DNA of 16,384 nt, taken from assembly GCA_024626585.2 (NCBI GenBank), contig JANKJI020000002.1, positions 97,653,220 through 97,669,603 on the forward strand. Direction: 5' to 3'. The notes under the pieces are model-generated. The model was not told the DNA's origin, made no database searches, and saw only the letters and a list, made by a program, of their open reading frames with translations. Each line of letters opens with the position of its first letter. The stretch's first letter is position 1. The position numbers and the translations under genes are program-made. Below, piece by piece: positions 10,865 through 16,384 of this stretch. The DNA comes from Ginkgo biloba (lineage: Eukaryota; Plantae; Ginkgophyta).

Positions 10865-11422
10865 CTAGAGAAAGAAGAACCATTGGTACACTATATTTGC
10901 CCAGATGACTCCCACTAAAAGCATCGTTGTCCATGCATTAAAGGATCTTGGTACATGGTGAAAATCTTATCAAGCAATAATGATCCTACTACTACATCAG
11001 TCCCAACTCTAAAACAAGACAATTTTCAAGCACAAACCAATCAATGGATTCACCATAATTTGAACATCGTGCATGTAGCAAAAAGGCATTAGGTAAAAGA
11101 GGGATGAATTCTGACCAACCAAAGGTACCAAGGCATAACGCCAGATGCCAATCTGACATTATTCAAACGACGACTAGAGGGCCACCCAACGCCAATCGGA
11201 TGACCCACCGGACGATCGCCCAAGAGGCAGTTGCACAATGCCCAAATGGCCACCCAATGTCAATCAAACGATGGCCAGACGACACTAGCTCGCACCAGCC
11301 GAACAACATCTAGGCAACCATTGGACGATGGTTGAAGAATTGCCCCACACTAGCAAGAAGGCGATCAAATGATGCCAAACTTAGACAGCGGCCTAAAATT
11401 TATTAAAAAATGAGAGTACCCG

Positions 11423-11709
11423 TGTTACCTTACAGCTTTGGCATGAGCCTCCGCTTTGAAATAGCAATCACAACATGAAGAAGAGAAAAATGTTCAACAC
11501 AAATGGCTATTGATTTTCAAATGATCACTTTACAATGAGTGTCCTCTATTTATACTTTGAAGAGGCTAACTATCTTATAACTAACATAGCTACTAACTTT
11601 TCTAACATTTCTTGTTGATCATGATTAATATGATGACTAATGTAATAACTAATGTGATGACTAATGTGTGACTAATGTGTGACCACTAACAACATTATCT
11701 TTTCTAACA
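11423..11709 (-). mobile_element. Short (~287 bp) solo-LTR-like insertion, probably Ty1/copia type
   Basis: TGTTA...TAACA termini, minus-strand GTATAAATAGAGG TATA box (plus cctctatttatac, ~11543-11555), and internal tandem repeats on the U3 side. No TSD seen (acccg vs aaatt). Confidence 0.55.
11622..11683. repeat. Tandem 11-12 bp repeat, consensus TGACTAATGTG(A), about 5 copies
   Basis: tgattaatatga tgactaatgtaa taactaatgtga tgactaatgtg tgactaatgtg tgac. Confidence 0.85.
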
Positions 11710-12249
11710 AAATTGACAGTTTCAATGGTATCAATGGCCAATCAATTTGGAAACAAGTGCACTACAGAGATATACTAACAGTTCCACAAGCCATACAAAG
11801 ACAGAAAAATAGGAATTCACTCTATTTGGGAAAAGAGGAGTGTGTGGTAGTTGATCAAACAGCAACTCTTCAATTTGGCTTTCTTGATCCTTTTACATAT
11901 CCAAGATAGCAAATTACATTTTGCAGGGATACTNNNNNNNNNNATTCAAGTTCGCATACTTTAACAACTTGTTATTCATGATTAGAATGCAAGAAAAACA
12001 AGAGGTGCATGAGATCTTATATAAGTGGTGAAAAGGTGCAATTCTCCCAACACGGGTGATGAGGACTATTCACAAGTGGCACAAACAAGGAGCTCATGAA
12101 TTAATTCAAAGAAACAAAGGGAGATACATACATGGCAATTATTCCAAGCCCTTTTGTGGATCCCTTTAGCTAAGATGTCAAAATTTGACCCAAGGGTGGC
12201 TAAGGAGCATAGGGACCAGCGACACAGGAAGAACCACGTGTAACATGGT

Positions 12250-14458
12250 ACATTGTGGACTACCCACCCATGCAAAAATGGTGGTCCTTATGGTGAGAGG
12301 AGCATTCCAATAAACATGCAATGGAAAAAGAAAGTGTGGACCATTGCATCAACCTCCCTGAATTGCCCAAAGATAAGGCCACGTTGGACGAAGCTCTTAG
12401 GTCTTATGAGAATCATAAAAAAGTAATCCCCACCATTGAAGGGAAAGTTACATTGGAACCAATAGATTTTAGGCAGTTATTAGCATTACCGATTGGTAGT
12501 CATCAAGCCAACCTAACCATTGACCAAGGTAACCAAACAGAGTATTATGACTGAGTAGTCTGTTCTTGAAAACGCCCACAAGTACAAAGATCAAGGTTTG
12601 AAGCTCAAATACCTTAAAATAATGAATATCGATTTACTACAAGACTAATCTGTTATAGATTGGCAAGATAGCAATGGTGTAACGAACTCCCCTTTTGGAT
12701 GGTACCATATTTGAAAGGAATCATGGCAGGAAAGAAATACCATTGGGCAACATAGCTTTCCCAACAAATGAAGGAAGCACTAGATCGAGTATCTGTGGGA
12801 CAATAGTAAGGTTTTAACCTGACCTTGTAGTTATTGGGGTTGTGCTACGATGCCTTTTACCCTACACTGGAACCAATTATATTGGGCATAGATTACCTAT
12901 GCAGATGACGACACTTATAAGGATCAAAGGCAAAACCCAAAAGACAGAGGGAGGAAGATCTACAAAACTACCCAAATCCACCAACACTACAAAAGAAGAA
13001 ACAAAGATTGGTGCTATCAAAAGATGAGGAGGATAATGGGTAGGGTTCCCATACATCAGACCAAAGAAACTCAATTCAAAAGATCGATTTTAACCAATTC
13101 CCTGAAGAACGATTAAGAAGTTTGATGGTTATAGAACAATCTTCCTTCTCAGAGGTATTACCAGCAATATCCATTCCTAGCAGAAAACACATTGTCAACC
13201 TCGAGGATTTTGCCAAATTATCTGGATTTATAAGGCTCATACCATCAAAATTGCAAGGACAAACATTATTCTCAAGTGAAGTCTCAGAGGCCCGCCATCA
13301 GTTGGATATTTTGTTGGGTGAGATTCTAGAAGAGGATGTAGGAATGTAGTCTAGCCTTCAATCACCTCCTTGCAATAGGAAAATAGAGGGAGTCAATAGG
13401 GAAGGNNNNNNNNNNNNNNNNNNNNNCCCCAATTAAAGCAACTCCCAAAGGATGGGATAGAGTTCTACAATAGATTGTAGTTATTTGTGAGGAAGAGGTT
13501 AAAAAAGAAAGGGGTCTAATTGGGACAAGCGATAGTTGGAAGTCACAAATACAATTTCTAATCAAAGAAATTAGGTAAATGTACCAAAAGATTCAGAACA
13601 AAGTGTCCCTAAAGAACTCATGGGAAGCTTGGAGAGGTAAGGGAGGAAGAAGAGGGGCATAACTAAGATCAAGGCGATGGATGGTGAAATTCAACCTATA
13701 ACAGATATGCTTACCTAGTTAGACTATGAGTATACAAAGCTATATTACACACAATAGGACTTGCAAGAGAAAATAGATCAGATGGAAGCAGATCTTTGAC
13801 ACACAAAAGAACAATTATAACAACACCAAAGATAGGCTCAAATAGAGGCAACAACAATTCGAGCTTAGTGGATCGCAAAAAAGCGATAATGGGAAGAGAA
13901 GTTGAAAATAAAACGAGTTGAATGCGCCTAAGTTCTCCAATTGGCAGCAATAGTCAAGGAGAGCAAAACATTGAAGCAACAGTGGGCAGCAAAAGACAAC
14001 ACTCCAGAGATAGAGGAGCCAACAACCACAACCACTACATTGGGTGAGGTCACTAGTACTCCTTTGGTGACACAAGTATGGCCACCCACATTATGGNNNN
14101 NNNNNNNNNNNNNNNNNNCTCCCAACCAAAGAAATTGTTACCCCGTCTCCAATACCTCACACTTCACTCTTCTCTAGGACTTCTATCACCTAGGGAGTAC
14201 TTGTATCAACCTCTAACTTGTAAGGGGCAATGACCACATCCTTAGTTGGTCACAATCTTGAGTATTTGTCTGAGCACCACTCTGCCCAATGGTTATGTGA
14301 TCACAACAGTGTTGGAATTGACCTTGCCCACAAAAGTTGGTGTAAAAAATACAATCTTCTCAGCTCCACCAACAGATACGGCAATAATGAGCTCCACCAC
14401 AACACAATGTTCAAATATGACCACTTCCACACTTGTCCTGGTAACCAGTTCTATGTAA
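12250..14458 (+). pseudogene. Decayed accessory ORF of element B, between pol and PPT (env-like position)
   Basis: Chain of same-strand ORF fragments (12321, 12842, 13122, 13941, 14246) with protein-like blocks such as IEGKVTLEPIDFRQLLALP and LPFWMVPYLKGIMAGKKYHWAT*LSQQMKEAL, then a K/E/Q-rich part and a Thr/Ser-rich tail. The last stop (14456-14458) lies ~30 nt before the PPT. Confidence 0.6.
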
Positions 14459-14487
14459 GTCGAGCAGGACACTCATCTCTTGTCATT

Positions 14488-14504
14488 AGGGGGGCAAGAT
14501 GTTG
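14488..14504 (+). promoter_or_regulatory. Polypurine tract of element B plus the first bases (TGTTG) of its 3' LTR
   Basis: aggggggcaaga|TGTTG just after the end of the accessory ORF. Confidence 0.6.
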
Positions 14505-14920
14505 ATAGTCATTATTAATTAACTAAACAATGCAACAAGACTTCAAGAAAGACTTGACAAGCTCGTATTATTGGATGAACGTAGAATGACAATACAATGG
14601 CCAAAGTCCGTTGCTCAAAGACAACAAAAGCATTGGCACGACAAGCATCTCCGATGACATAAGATCCAAGTGTGATTCCAAGTGTAGTATGATGGTATGA
14701 CCAAAANNNNNNNNNNNNNNNNNNNNCAAGTGGCTAAGGTTCTTTCATCATGAATTTAACCCACAACAATGGTGCAATCCACTTAACTAACCTAGACAAG
14801 TCAATACATGAGGGCCCAGTGAATGGTTCCAAATTCAAGTTATATCATTCTCCACAACGTGAAAACAACATTCCATCTCAATATGTTGACATAGAATCAA
14901 CGAATTTTTCATCGCTATAG
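14505..14920 (+). mobile_element. Element C, 3' part: integrase C-terminus to end of pol
   Basis: IVIIN*LNNATRLQERLDKLVLLDERRMTIQW...QRQQKHWHDKHLR, KWLR(GP-like)F, NNGAIHLTNLD...PVNGSKFKLYH, stop TAG 14918-14920. This is the region expected just after TPFQL..Y..P.EF, where the 5' part stops at 7731. Confidence 0.85.
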
Positions 14921-15299
14921 TGGCAAACTTTACTTTTGTACCAATTTCACCAAATGGATCCGAGAATTTAATCTTGCAAGAGTGGGATTCTACCCAACGA
15001 ATAAGAACGAAAGTGCATCAAGACTATTGGAACCAGTCAACTTATGGGTTATACTGCAATTTCAAGAATCTCCATCATTCTCAACAAATGAAAACCATGT
15101 GACATGACAATGCGAGGTAGAAGGACAAGGCAAAGGACACAAAATGGCATAGANNNNNNNNNNGCGCAATTCCAAAAAGCAAATAGAGGTGTCAAACTAC
15201 AACTCAACAAAAAACAACCCACCAATTGGGTGTTAAACAACCACCTACCATACGACAACTCAAGTGACAAGGTATTTAACAACTAGCCAGGCCAAACAG

Positions 15300-16040
15300 T
15301 CACCGAACAACAGTTGTTGAATGCCTAACAACATATGAAACGACAAGGACAAGGCCAAATAGTGGAGGGAGACCCATTATAAGACATAGGCGGATCATTC
15401 TGTTGGTATACATGGAATTTTGGGTCCATAGTGATGGCAAATCGAAATCTAGGACCCTTGAAGAATTGCATCCACATGACCACTAGGTCGAAAAGGTGGT
15501 TGCACACGCAAACGAGGTGGCCCACATGCACTATGAAAGGTAGTTGGAAGATTTATAACTTACCCTTTGCCAATCCTTTAAATGACCAAGGCATTACTCA
15601 TTCTTCAAATCCCAAGGAGTTGCAAGCATTCAAGTCTATGGGAATAACAAGGAGTGTGTTGGAGGACAAGAAGATGACCATGTGTTTTCAAAGGTTGTTT
15701 GAGTCGGCAATTGTGCAACTAGAGTCTACTCAGTCGACTGAGGATTAACTAGGTAAATCTTGTCCTAATTCGTCAGTCTTTAACTCGGCCTTATTATCTG
15801 TAAGCACTATGGTATTTTTCAAAAGTATCAAGCTAAGGTGGCAAAGAGTTTGGCCTAACACTTGGACAACTATGGGCTCAAAACCCAATAAAGCCCTGAA
15901 GGTACTAAAAGTTCGTATTGTGTTCCCAACAAGTGGTCTTCCTATAGAGTAGCAAGGGCTCTATGTCTCTTTGTGTATGGTTGATTATCCACGATAAGGG
16001 ATTGGTGGACAATTTTTCCCTCTAACACCCCCATCCATTT
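15300..16040 (-). mobile_element. Probable 3' LTR start with PPT of another minus-strand LTR element; left boundary uncertain
   Basis: Minus strand reads aaatggatggggg|TGTTAGA (PPT 16040-16028, LTR start 16027), with a possible TATA (ttataaat) near 15551-15558. Confidence 0.4.
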
Positions 16041-16384
16041 CATGTTGGAGCAAGGAGTTGCTCAATATATCACCATTCTAGCATTGAACAAAATCTCAGA
16101 CATTCTGAATTAGATGGTGAAGGGTTATGATCCCCAACCTCATGTGTCCTAAATCAACGGTTTGCATATCTTATAAGCCACAGGACTTTGAACAACTATT
16201 GGCATTGCCTAACTCGGGGGAGTAAGTGATCCACTCTAGAGTTAATGCAACTAAGGAGCAAAAGAAAGCATGGATTCAGAGTTTGTGTGCAGTCAATGAT
16301 TCCAAGAACTAAAGGCACAAAGATTGGAGCATCTAGATGCCAAATCGAAAAAATAGATGATTACAGCTCTCCTTTGCTCCATGT

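Larger units (their letters stand above)
7789..14504 (+). mobile_element. Element B: internally deleted non-chromovirus Ty3/gypsy retrotransposon nested in element C's integrase
   Basis: Parts occur in the expected order: LTR end (...ttcCA 8065), PBS-like TGG at 8067, gag 8588-9017, CCHC 9555-9596, RT ~10100-10660, INT tail 10661-10864, accessory ORF remnant ~12250-14458, PPT 14488-14499, then TGTTG. Confidence 0.8.

Noticed and set aside
11622-11683. Repeat array as CRISPR-like
   Set aside because: Head-to-tail 11-12 bp units with no unique spacers, in a eukaryotic TE context with no cas genes.
11710-11760. KIDSFNGINGQSIWKQ resembling a copia gag N-terminus, overlapping TGGTATCA (tRNA-iMet PBS-like) at 11726
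   Set aside because: The match is short, no further copia gag follows, and the orientation conflicts with the adjacent minus-strand LTR.
15431-15748. 105-aa plus-strand ORF
   Set aside because: No motif, and it lies within a probable minus-strand LTR.

Overview
This is AT-rich eukaryotic sequence, most likely from a land plant with a large genome, from a gappy draft assembly with 12 N-runs. The left ~1.4 kb belongs to a minus-strand host gene. It has one clean 108-nt GT-AG coding exon (310-417, GKDRYPYPVGYQAVR...YKMEIREGTKGPAFV) that matches, from recall, the N-terminal FY-rich region of the Arabidopsis AT1G26330-like family. The remaining ~15 kb is a stack of decayed LTR retrotransposons. 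Element A (minus, ~1514-3025) is a Ty3/gypsy RT-RNaseH-integrase remnant. Element C (plus) is a non-chromovirus Ty3/gypsy pol remnant split into ~6572-7731 and ~14505-14920. Element B, a related element, is nested inside C's integrase. B keeps a 5' LTR end, a PBS-like site, gag with a CCHC knuckle, RT, the integrase tail, a ~2.2 kb decayed accessory ORF and a PPT, but has almost no 3' LTR. Several solo or partial LTRs are also present. I see no intact new biological system. The best leads are the nested B-in-C structure, B's uncharacterised accessory ORF, and the possibility that the whole TE block lies inside a giant host intron. All family assignments come from motif recognition by eye, not from database searches.
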